Source of the DNA: a virus
Taxonomy: Duplodnaviria > Caudoviricetes
DNA length: 64,000 nucleotides
Direction: 5' to 3' (one strand)
Virus record (IMG/VR): IMGVR_UViG_3300021431_000122
Location: 4,380 to 68,379 of that record
Shown: positions 18,994 through 28,600 of the stretch, one piece after another
Layout of the letters: each line of letters begins with the position of its first letter
How positions within the stretch are numbered: the first letter of the stretch is position 1
Made by a program: the position numbers and the translations under genes
The notes under the pieces: model-generated
What the model was told of the DNA's origin: nothing
Seen by the model: only the letters and a program-made list of their open reading frames with translations
The model's database searches: none

Positions 18994-19506
18994 ATGATAT
19001 CTTTTGATACATATGCTACCTATCTTCGTTCGGCGGGTAATAATCTTTCCGAGGTTAGAAAACGCCAGTCTGACGATGTTATGAATGCATCATTTACTGG
19101 GAATGTTGGTTACAAGAAAGTGTACATCCTTTCACCAGAGAATGGGTGGTGTTATGTTGATGCAAGATATTCTAAGCATGCAACAGAATCTATCCTCCGT
19201 GATGCTGTGGATTATTATCTCCAATTTAGACCAAAGGTTCATTTTCCTGTTGGCACTTATGTCTTCATACCAGACGATGTTAATGATTGTCTTGATATTA
19301 ATGAAGACTCGCCACTTGAGGGAGACGTTTCAAATCTTTGGATGATTGTTGGTCGTAATAATTCAAAGCAATTTGTTAGATATGAAGTTTTAAAGTGCAA
19401 CTGGAATTTCAAATGGGTTCACAAGTTATTTGGAAAAACAAGGGTGTTTAATTGTTGGGGTTGTGTAAGAAATGCGAATAGTTATACCTCCGGAGTGTGG
19501 AATGAT
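18994..19506 (+). CDS. Putative neck/head-closure protein, exon 1
   Basis: Ends SGVWND at a P1 U-G pair. Confidence 0.75.
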
Positions 19507-19848
19507 TAACTAAAGTTAGTCCGCTTTAATTCGAAAGATTAAAGTGCATCTCTCTGAATTGTCTGGAAAAACCTTAGAGCCTTATTACTACAACGTAATG
19601 ATGAAATAAGCATAGGCGTGATAGTTAAAAAAAACATAAGGATTGGTTAATCAGCAGCCGAGCCTCGAATAGAGGAAGGTTCATCGACTATTGGTTGAAA
19701 TACCATTAGGTACAAGCGTCCCGAAGTAGAGAGCATCTAAAACGCAATTGCGTCATGATGAATGATATAGTCAGTACTTCTGTGAAAACAGAAGAAAGTT
19801 GCTTTGCAACCTTTATGTATGTAGCGAATATATAAAGTAACATATTAG
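19507..19848 (+). ncRNA. Group I intron (342 nt, ORF-less) in the neck gene
   Basis: P1 gat|taact-aa-agtta-gtc; Q aatcagcag; P7 gacta (19686) / tagtc (19768); terminal G19848. Splice gives WND|YYTTALDNITSAWLP. Confidence 0.92.
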
Positions 19849-20517
19849 TATTACACCACAGCATTAGATAATATAACATCTGCATGGTTGCCAAACACAG
19901 CATATATATTTGGCAACAAACTCACTGAATACAATTTGGATGATATTCGTACAATTACCATTCAAACCAGAATGATGATTAGTTTAAATAATATCAATCC
20001 GAACTGTTACATGGTTTCCAAAATTCTTGATATGAATCCACAAGGAGTTCTCAAACTCACTTTGAAACAAGACGATTATAATAAACGCAGAGATGATCCT
20101 ACGCTTATGATCTGTGATTATTATGATGATTCCGGTGATATCACCGTTGATAAACCAGATGCGCAAGAGTCCACAGAAAAGACCAGTGTCATTTCTTATC
20201 TTGTTGTTGATTCTGATGGTAATATGGTGGATACGGAATTTGATGATGTTGTTACTATGCATACTGGTGTCACAGATTATTTCTCAGTTAAATTTTCTGA
20301 CGACAATATTGATGCTCAGTGGCGTGTTGAATTAGTAGGCGATGCTGAAAACAAGGCTGCCATTGAAAGGTTAATGGTTGTAAATCAAGTAACAGAATCA
20401 GTCATATCTATTAAGCCCGGAAAGGCAAACAAGGTGAAAGGTAAAACATTCACACTGTCTGTCTCTGACGCTAATGGCAACTACTATTCTTCTATTCGAT
20501 TGGAGGTGGTTGACTAA
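19849..20517 (+). CDS. Putative neck/head-closure protein, exon 2 (spliced protein 393 aa)
   Basis: In frame after splicing; C-terminal beta-rich domain. Confidence 0.75.
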   Translation, partial: YYTTALDNITSAWLPNTAYIFGNKLTEYNLDDIRTITIQTRMMISLNNINPNCYMVSKILDMNPQGVLKLTLKQDDYNKRRDDPTLMICDYYDDSGDITVDKPDAQESTEKTSVISYLVVDSDGNMVDTEFDDVVTMHTGVTDYFSVKFSDDNIDAQWRVELVGDAENKAAIERLMVVNQVTESVISIKPGKANKVKGKTFTLSVSDANGNYYSSIRLEVVD

Positions 20518-21143
20518 TGCGTGATCTTTCTAAGATAACCAGAGAATTAGACAATGTGAAGAATAATGATATTATTTATAAGAAAGCAAAAATCAAAGAG
20601 ATATTTCAAAATGATCCAGATTTGAAATATGTTCTTGGTCATATTGAATTGCTTCCTAATAAATATGAAAATGTCAGTGATGATGAGCTGACTGAAAAAC
20701 AGCTTGCTGAAAAAGAAGAAATACAAATTCATAATCAGAAAGCTGAGAAACATAACAAGGATCAGATTATTGATTTTCTTAAAGTTAATGAAATTCAGAC
20801 AGAGACTAAGAGTCTTATTATGTTTGATATCGAAGAAGAAATTGGTTATTACACTAAAAGCGAATTAATCAAAAATCAATATCTGACTGTTATGTGTTTT
20901 GTACATGAGGATGACATGGATACGGAATACGATGTAAAGCGCACCGATCTTTTATCATACATTGTAAAAGATCTTCTGTGTTGGAGCAATGAGACTGGAC
21001 TTCATATGAAGATGACGGAGGATAAACCTAGTATCACAGATACTAAGTACTACTGTCGTACATTGAAGTTTTTAATTAGAGCTACCAATACAAATAACTT
21101 TAGAACAGGAAATATGCAAAACAGCTATGCCCGGAGCTTTTAA
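20517..21143 (+). CDS. Putative tail completion/terminator protein
   Basis: Position before the tail tube gene; DVKRTDLLSYIVKDLL. Confidence 0.45.
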   Translation: MRDLSKITRELDNVKNNDIIYKKAKIKEIFQNDPDLKYVLGHIELLPNKYENVSDDELTEKQLAEKEEIQIHNQKAEKHNKDQIIDFLKVNEIQTETKSLIMFDIEEEIGYYTKSELIKNQYLTVMCFVHEDDMDTEYDVKRTDLLSYIVKDLLCWSNETGLHMKMTEDKPSITDTKYYCRTLKFLIRATNTNNFRTGNMQNSYARSF

Positions 21144-21963
21144 AGTAGATCTCTTAAAATTGTATTTCGGTGACCCGTATCCAGTAACTGACCGAATTAT
21201 CATAAATCAACCTAGTATTCAAGAAGTAATGGAGTATGGAGAGAACGAGTTTTTTTCCATGCTCTATATATTTATTGGGAATACTACTTTTAGAAAATTG
21301 GAATTATGGGAAAGTGGCGTTGATTGGAATAAGGTTAGCGACTACGAATTATTTTGTAGACTTGTTGGACTTCTTCCTGTTGAGCGAACTAGGATATTCT
21401 TCGGAGATGTGGACTTCCAAAAGTTCAAGCTTATCGAGACTGCGAAAGCCAGTGAGCTTCCCGCAGAGCCGCAAGTACCAGAGGGTAAGAAGCTTACAGT
21501 TATTGAAAAACGTAAGCTATATTTTAAACAGTTTGAGGAATGTGTAACATTTTATGACGAGGAAGATGACATTGAAATAAATGCTGAAACATATCACAAG
21601 ATAGTTGATATCCTTCGTGAGATGGTACATATATATCCGAAGACTGAGTACACAGTTGGCAAAATTAGCAAGGAGTTGTTGATTGAAGAGGAAAAGCAAA
21701 AACTTATCAAAGCTTCTAAAGAAGCGGATAAACCTTCTTCTATTTTACAACCATTGATATCTGCATGTGTAAATCATCCCGGATTTAAATACCGCAAGTC
21801 TGAACTTCGAATGGTTCAGTTAAATGAGTTTATGGATTCTGTAAGAAGGCTTCAAGTTTATGAAGCTACCCATGCTCTACTTGGTGGAAGTTATTCGGGA
21901 TTCATGGATACTAGTAAAGTTCCTAAAGACAATTTTGACTTTATGCGGACTTTAGAGAAATGA
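21127..21963 (+). CDS. Hypothetical tail-module protein
   Basis: 278 aa; overlaps the previous gene. Confidence 0.6.
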   Translation: MPGAFKVDLLKLYFGDPYPVTDRIIINQPSIQEVMEYGENEFFSMLYIFIGNTTFRKLELWESGVDWNKVSDYELFCRLVGLLPVERTRIFFGDVDFQKFKLIETAKASELPAEPQVPEGKKLTVIEKRKLYFKQFEECVTFYDEEDDIEINAETYHKIVDILREMVHIYPKTEYTVGKISKELLIEEEKQKLIKASKEADKPSSILQPLISACVNHPGFKYRKSELRMVQLNEFMDSVRRLQVYEATHALLGGSYSGFMDTSKVPKDNFDFMRTLEK

Positions 21964-22003
21964 TTAAACATCGTTATATTATTTTAAAAAGGAGAAAACC
22001 AAT

Positions 22004-22189
22004 ATGTTTAAGCTCGGAGATCTGATCGTAGATCGTATAGTTGAAGGTGTGGCCGAGAACTCCGCAGGTGAGCTTCTGTACAGACTGACAAACCTTCAGG
22101 AGGCTACTATTGATATTACTGCTGATTCCACTGACGTTGTTGATGGAACTGGTGCTGTAATTAAGACATTCTATAGAGGAAAGACTGGT
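22004..22189 (+). CDS. Major tail (tube) protein, exon 1
   Basis: Strong RBS; ends FYRGKTG. Confidence 0.8.
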
Positions 22190-22512
22190 AGTTTGCTTAT
22201 ATGATATAAATGCATAATATAAGCATAAGCCGTCCATGATGAATCCACTATGTAAATCATGGATCATGAGCGATGAAAAAATCTGGAAAGTCCTTTGCAA
22301 GGATAATCAGAGCGGAAGTTATATAGTAATATATATAACACGCACAACGCATAGGAAGTGAAACTACATCTGAGATGTTGTAGAATATAATCTTCCCACG
22401 AGGCATCGCTATCGAGTGGAATAAACCGCAGAGGTTTATGATAAATAGATATGCTGGGCTGAATTGTAATGATTCAGAAGTGTGGATAAAAAGCCACACG
22501 ATAACAAATCCG
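22190..22512 (+). ncRNA. Group I intron (323 nt, ORF-less, variant P7) in the major tail protein gene
   Basis: Exon ggt pairs with intron gcc; inner stem tgcttatat/atataagca; aatctggaaagtcc..ggataatcagag; P7 gcata (22349) / tatgc (22450); terminal G22512. Splice gives KTG|TLTATN. Confidence 0.85.
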
Positions 22513-23112
22513 ACTCTTACCGCTACTAACTCCACTCTGAATCTGCCGATTATTGCGGCTATGGGTGGTACTGATGCTGAGATTGCAACCGCTGAGAATG
22601 CAATCAAGATGCCGAGAATTATTACTGTTGAGGCAGGAAAGACTGCTACTCTGACAGGATATTCTGGAGATGGTTCTGATATCGCTGTTAATGAGGTTGC
22701 TGTCAATGGTTCTATGGGAGCAAAGTTTGAGGTTGGTTCTGCCGCTTCTGCTACTGCTTTCGCAATTGATGGAACTACATTCACTCCTCCGACAGCAGAG
22801 GGTGTTACCGCTTACATTGTTAAGTATGAAAGAAGCGTAACTGACGGTGCATACATTGCAAACCGTTCTGACGCTTTCCCGAAGACTGTTAAGCTGACAC
22901 TTAAGGTTCTGATCGTAGATCCGTGCGAAACTGATGTCGTCAGGGCAGCATACATTGTTGCTCCGAACTTCCAGCCCGCTGCTGATCTGTCCTTCACTGT
23001 CAGCACCGAGGGAACGATTGACTACACTGGAAATCTTCAGATTTCCTATTGTGGTACTCATAAGATCTTGTATGAGATCTATGTTGCCGCAGATGATGAG
23101 GAAGAGGATTAA
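22513..23112 (+). CDS. Major tail protein, exon 2 (spliced protein 261 aa)
   Basis: Beta-rich, biased codon usage; joins exon 1 in frame. Confidence 0.8.
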   Translation, partial: TLTATNSTLNLPIIAAMGGTDAEIATAENAIKMPRIITVEAGKTATLTGYSGDGSDIAVNEVAVNGSMGAKFEVGSAASATAFAIDGTTFTPPTAEGVTAYIVKYERSVTDGAYIANRSDAFPKTVKLTLKVLIVDPCETDVVRAAYIVAPNFQPAADLSFTVSTEGTIDYTGNLQISYCGTHKILYEIYVAADDEEED

Positions 23113-23129
23113 TCCGATTCTGATTTTCG

Positions 23130-23153
23130 GGGAGGGTACATTAGTACCCTCCC
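23130..23153 (+). other. 10-bp GC hairpin without U-tract, directly upstream of tRNA-like element 3
   Basis: gggagggtac-atta-gtaccctccc. Confidence 0.6.
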
Positions 23154-23160
23154 ATAATTA

Positions 23161-23259
23161 TACGACATGGCGAAATAGGTAGCCGCACTTCTCTGTTGTG
23201 GAGTGGTGATATCTGATGAATCAGATAGTCATGCATGGTGCAGATCCGTGCTGTCGTTA
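23161..23259 (+). tRNA. tRNA-like element 3 (class II body, GTT loop, long variable arm)
   Basis: Acceptor acgaca/tgtcgt; Leu-type D region TGGCGAAATAGGTAGCCGCA; loop CTGTTGT; variable hairpin tatctga/tcagata; T-arm gcatgg-TGCAGAT-ccgtgc. Confidence 0.6.
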
Positions 23260-23281
23260 TTTAAATATAGAGGAGATTATA

Positions 23282-23599
23282 ATGAAGTACGAAAGAATAT
23301 GTATTATGGACAAACAGCATTATGAATATTGTCCAAGCTGTAACAAATATAGTCATCTTCCAAGATGGATGATGTCTTTTTGTTCTGACAATTGCCATGA
23401 TATCTTTGGCGTCTTTTGTGCTTATAGTCGTGGTGAAATTACCAAGGCAGAAGCAAAAGCAAGACTTGAAAGTCTGGATACTTCTCGCAACGAATTATTT
23501 AGAGAAGATTTTAAAAAACAGTATGATGAAATCATGGTTGATGATGCGCCTAAAAAAAGGTATCGCAGAAAAAAGAAACCTGATAGTGAAGTTATTTAA
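23282..23599 (+). CDS. Hypothetical Zn-binding protein
   Basis: CPSC...CSDNC; basic C-terminus; RBS gaggag (start revised from 23216). Confidence 0.7.
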   Translation: MKYERICIMDKQHYEYCPSCNKYSHLPRWMMSFCSDNCHDIFGVFCAYSRGEITKAEAKARLESLDTSRNELFREDFKKQYDEIMVDDAPKKRYRRKKKPDSEVI

Positions 23600-23604
23600 A
23601 TATC

Positions 23605-23643
23605 AGGGGGATACAGCCGTTTATGGTTGTATCCCCCTTTTTT
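23605..23643 (+). terminator. Rho-independent terminator
   Basis: agggggatacagcc-gtttat-ggttgtatccccct followed by a T run. Confidence 0.85.
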
Positions 23644-23660
23644 ATTAAAGGAGAAAAAGG

Positions 23661-23891
23661 ATGAAAGAAAAAGTTTTCAGCCAGACTACTGGCAAAAGTT
23701 ATTCGCCCGTTGACGTTGTTCGTATTATTAATGTTAAACAAGCCGCCGCATATATTAATCATGGTGCTGAGTTGCTTGACATCTATGGTAGCCGTGATTT
23801 TAAAACTGGTGAGCCAATGCTTGTTTATATTTTTAACAGAAGCGAGACTACTGCACTTTATGATCTGTGGTGCAAACATGAATTGAAATAA
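23661..23891 (+). CDS. Small hypothetical phage protein
   Basis: RBS aaggag; IINVKQAAAYI..G...LVYIF..W. Confidence 0.7.
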   Translation: MKEKVFSQTTGKSYSPVDVVRIINVKQAAAYINHGAELLDIYGSRDFKTGEPMLVYIFNRSETTALYDLWCKHELK

Positions 23892-23904
23892 GGAGAAAAA
23901 AACA

Positions 23905-24150
23905 ATGATGGAATATATGGATAAAAAATATGTTATGCGAACACTTGAACCGAAGCCGAGATTTCTTACACGAATTGTAAATCCAGACTTCACATATTCA
24001 TATGGTCTTTGTTCGGATCTTAAATCTGCATTAAAAGCAGACGGACACAATGCTGCTGATATGGTTATTTCTGAGTATATTGCTATTACAGATGAGCCGT
24101 TTGCAATAACTGCCGTTCCTATTGAAATTACATATAGGCTGAGAGGTTGA
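23905..24150 (+). CDS. Hypothetical protein
   Basis: RBS aaggag. Confidence 0.6.
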   Translation: MMEYMDKKYVMRTLEPKPRFLTRIVNPDFTYSYGLCSDLKSALKADGHNAADMVISEYIAITDEPFAITAVPIEITYRLRG

Positions 24151-24152
24151 TT

Positions 24153-24635
24153 ATGGCGATAATGGTTGGTATTGATTCGTCGACAAAGAAGACTGGAATG
24201 TCCTTGTTTGTTAATGGTGAATTAAAAGATTATTGTTTGGTCGACCGTTCTGCAATTCGTGATTTAAATGAACGAATGGATCAAATGGGACTTGGTATAC
24301 TTTCAGTTCTTGCTGACTGGGTTCCAGAAATGATTTATATAGAAGAACCAAAAGGCGAAGGACGAAATGTAGAACTGGTTCGCAAGCTTGCTGAAATACT
24401 TGGTATTGTGCGAGGTTGGGCTATCACTCACGATTGTTATTATGAAGAGGTGAAGCCAAGCACATGGAGACATGATCTTGGTATTGAACAAGGGAAAAAG
24501 AAACGTGATGAACTTAAGGCGGCTAGTATGGAATACGTTAAGAGCCGTTATGGAATTATACCAGTAACCGATGATGTTGCAGACTCTATTTGTGTTGGGA
24601 CTGCGATGGTTGAGAAATATGGAGGAAAAGGATAA
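24153..24635 (+). CDS. ruvC: RuvC-like Holliday junction resolvase
   Basis: VGIDSSTKKTG, IYIEE, VKPSTWR, DDVADSICVG. Confidence 0.82.
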   Translation: MAIMVGIDSSTKKTGMSLFVNGELKDYCLVDRSAIRDLNERMDQMGLGILSVLADWVPEMIYIEEPKGEGRNVELVRKLAEILGIVRGWAITHDCYYEEVKPSTWRHDLGIEQGKKKRDELKAASMEYVKSRYGIIPVTDDVADSICVGTAMVEKYGGKG

Positions 24636-25129
24636 TGAAGGTTAATGAGTTTGTAGATGGTTTTAATAAGGCAAACGATAAAGAGAAATACATTAAGAAG
24701 CATATCATAAACACATATGTTCCTTATGAAAAGAAAATTGCGGTTGCACGAAGTATTGTTGATAATACTAGTCATATTAAAATAGACAATGAACAAAAAT
24801 TCTATGTTAATTCACCGCAAAAATATATGTTATTTATTACTTCTCTTTTTAGAGAATATACTGATGTTATATTTGGCGACAACATTTTATCAGAGTTTAA
24901 TGCGCTTGAATGTTGTGGTGCTGTTGATATGCTTCCAAAACAAATTGGTAACGATTATCAGCGATTCAAAATAGTCGTTGATATGATTTATGAAGATACG
25001 GTTCAAAATGAACGCGATCTTGTTTCTTTTATTGAAAATAAAATAACCGCATTTTCAAAAATGGCAGACCAATTAATTGATAGCGGTTTACTTAATAATG
25101 TTAGTGGTGATGATAATGGCAACACTTGA
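24635..25129 (+). CDS. Hypothetical protein (possible tail assembly chaperone)
   Basis: Position upstream of the TMP. Confidence 0.5.
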   Translation: MKVNEFVDGFNKANDKEKYIKKHIINTYVPYEKKIAVARSIVDNTSHIKIDNEQKFYVNSPQKYMLFITSLFREYTDVIFGDNILSEFNALECCGAVDMLPKQIGNDYQRFKIVVDMIYEDTVQNERDLVSFIENKITAFSKMADQLIDSGLLNNVSGDDNGNT

Positions 25130-25610
25130 TGAGGTTTTTGAGGAAATATACGAAGATGTTAAGGCTCAAGTTCCAATTGCAATGAGAAATGCTGCTAGTA
25201 GTATAGCAAACGAATTAACGGATTTTGCTAGGACTACAATGGATGATTTTTACTCTTGGCCTCCAAAAAGATATAGAAGATTTGGAAGCCTTCGTAATAA
25301 TAGCTATCGTCGATTTTATAGAAACGCTCATAATTCTGTTTATCATGGCGGAGTTGAGTTGGTTCCAAATTACGGTAGAAGTTATCCAAGCGTTCTTTTT
25401 GAAACAAACGGGAAGGTAATGAGTGCCGAAGCAATATTTACATATGCTTATGACGAAGGAATGCATGGTAATACTCCACAGCTTGAAGTAGCTTTGGGGC
25501 GTCCTCTTACACACCCTCCAATAATGTCGCCTACACCCAGAGAAAGAATTGAAAGAAAAAGAGACGAGATCGAAGGACACGTTGAGGATTATATACACTT
25601 TAATCTTTAA
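25116..25610 (+). CDS. Hypothetical tail-module protein
   Basis: Overlaps the previous stop; G.HG motif. Confidence 0.55.
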   Translation: MATLDEVFEEIYEDVKAQVPIAMRNAASSIANELTDFARTTMDDFYSWPPKRYRRFGSLRNNSYRRFYRNAHNSVYHGGVELVPNYGRSYPSVLFETNGKVMSAEAIFTYAYDEGMHGNTPQLEVALGRPLTHPPIMSPTPRERIERKRDEIEGHVEDYIHFNL

Positions 25611-25622
25611 GGGGGTTACATA

Positions 25623-28600
25623 ATGGGGCGTGAAGCTATAATTGATGTATCGTTAAGATTTAATTATGAAAAGACACATGGTAGTCTTAACAATTTAAAA
25701 AAGGGATTGCGTGAAATTGGAGAAAGTGTTGATGTTGACTCTCCAATTCGTGAGCAAGTTAATAGAATTGAAGGCGCTGTAGATGAACTGCAAAATAAGC
25801 TGGACAGTTTAAAGCTGGGTAAAATAAGCAGTACTGCATTTAATAATGCCGTTAATGATATTAACAGTTCAGTAGATGAGCTTTCAAAGCGCATGCTTGC
25901 TTTGGAATCATTATTTCAAGGCAGTGGCGATGGAGCAAGCAATCTTCTTAACAATGCTAAATCAGAATTAAAGTCTGTAGTTAATATGGCTAACGAGGCA
26001 ATGGATGCTGTAAAAAAAATCAGAGAAGCGTCCGGTGCCAATTCTATAAATATTATTGATACCAAAGAATTAGAAAACAGGAAAAAAAAACTAAAACAAT
26101 TATCTGATGCGATTGAAACCGCAGAAGAAGGTGGTTTCAGTATTAAAGATAAGACCAAATTTAACAGTCGTACAGATAAAGAAAATTTAGATTTATATAT
26201 AAATCGTATTGAAGAGTTAACCAAACTGCAACAAAAATTATCATCTACTAAAGTTGATGATCCAGGTTTTGCCGATCTTGCAAAAGATGTTGCTACTTAT
26301 TCAGCGAGTGTATCTAAGCTTTATAATGCTATTACTGAAAAGATGACTGAAACCGGAAGTGATACTTTTGCCGGTATGAAACTTTCTGGTATTGACGATT
26401 TATATAACAATGCCGCTAAAGCAATGTCGTCAGCTCGTGATGTTATTGACAAAGGTGTTCGTGATATCAATGATAGCATGGCTGCTCTTGGAAATAAAAG
26501 TAACGAGCCAGAGACAATCACATTGGATTTTAAAACGTCAACTACAGAATTAAAGGAAAAACTTATAAAGATGATTTCTGCACTTCAACAGGTGGCTGCT
26601 TCTCATCCTGTCGAAGTGGAATTAAATTTTACCTCTGGTTGGGCAACAAAGAAAAATAAAAAGCTGCTTAAGGAATTTGAAACAAAAATTAATAGTCTAA
26701 CCGACAAAACTACAAAAGAAGAAATGCAGAAGTTAGTTGATGATATTTCTGCTAGTTTTGGTAATAGATTAGATTTTGAGATTAAGTCAGAAAAACTTGA
26801 TGATGTAGAAAAAAAAGTCAAAGATCTTGTAGATAATTTAAAAGACATTCTTAAAGAAGACTTTTCTGTAGAGATATCAAAAGCATCATTTTCTGATGAT
26901 GTTAAATCTACTCTTCAAGATTCACTCAATGATATTGCAAAAAATTTAAAGATAGTTATTGATAACGTTGAACTTGGTGAAAATGTAAATGTTGCCGATT
27001 TACAACAAGCAGTTTCCAATATTAATAATACTATATCCAATCCACGGCTTTCTGATATTTTAAGACAAATATACGAAGCTAATAAAGATATGGATGATTC
27101 AAAATTTACTCATACGGACAATATAAATGGACAAGAAGTAGAAAGATATTTTACAAGCTTAGAAAGAAAATTGTATGTTAATTCAAAAACTGGATGGATT
27201 GGCAATCCATTTTATGCAGGAATAAGAGAAGGAACTCCTAGATTTAATAAGCAAATAGCAGAAGCTAAATCCGCAGGAGCTGATGTTGGTATTCATACTC
27301 ATCCAAGCAGTCTTTCTGCCATGTCTTATTTTTCTACTGGTGATTTTAAAAGTTTTTATGACCAATTTATATTTGATAAAATGAAGAAACAGGTTGTTTC
27401 TTCTCGAATTGATGCCGAAATTTTTGATGTTGAAGGTTTCTTTTCAAAGTATGCGGATCTAATAGATTTTGCAAATCAATCTGTTTGGGACGAATTAACA
27501 AAAGAGGAAAGCAAATTTCAGGAACAATATAGAAAAATTCCAAATCGTGATAGATTTTATAGTTTTTTTAAAGATCAAATGACCGATGAAGATTATGATA
27601 CATTTATTTCAAATATATTAGAAAAATATGCTCTTCAAAAAGATCTTGATGTTTTAAAGAAAAATGGAAGTATTAAATCGCAATTAGAAAAAATATATGC
27701 GAACGATAAAAATACAAATATCACTACTGCAATAAATCAGCTTTTAAGAGGTTCATTGTCTGACAAACATATACAACGGTTGACTTCTAGGAAAGACATT
27801 GATTTTAATGGTGCTATTACTGGAAGTATTACAAAGATAATGGCTTCGCATGGATATGATTTACAAGATGCATTTCAATATCATTATGGCCAATATATGA
27901 AAACTGCTGTTGAGAATGCATGGGGAAAATATTCTAAAGATGGAAAAAGTACCAAGGATATTGGAGAAGATCTTGTAAATAATTTTATCAAGATTGTGCC
28001 TTCCGAAAAACTTGATGAAGCACTCGGTATAAGCGGAATATCTCAGGCGGCAAGTGAAGCTACATCATCTACTAAAACTCTTGGAGATGCATTACAAGAA
28101 ATTGTTAATATACTAAACGAAATTAAAGCGGGTTCTAATTTTGCTGATATATTCAAAGGTGTTTTTGAAGAATCTTCTGAACTTAAATCTTTTCTCGATT
28201 CTTTGAAAAAAGTGTTTAATACCATTGAAGAGATAAATGGCGCATTAACCAATGCATCTCCAACCGACACTCTTGGAGACATGAGTGGTATTAGTACTAC
28301 AATTGAAAACATAAATTCAGAATTAACAACTTTAGTAGGTATATTAAAATCATTTCCAGATATTTCTAATCAAATAAAATTAGACGACACCTTTAAGGCG
28401 ATGGCTGATTATACTGAACAGCTTGATGATATAAATCTTAAAGATGGCAATATGAAATCGGTATATAAAGACTTGATTTCTAATTATTGGGATTATGTTA
28501 AATCTGGTGGAACAAAAGATATAACAGAGTTAACTAGTAATAAAAAAGCTCAGAAGAAACTTAAAAATGGTTATGAAAGTTATTTAAAATTACATCCATT

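Noticed and set aside
22438-22512. ORF-track N-terminus MINRYAG... of the tail protein, the TTG start at 19888, and the start at 23216
   Set aside because: The first is intron sequence, the second is an internal codon of exon 2, and the third lies inside tRNA-like element 3.
25060-25129. Programmed -1 frameshift for tail chaperones
   Set aside because: There is no XXXYYYZ slippery site and the frames differ by +1.
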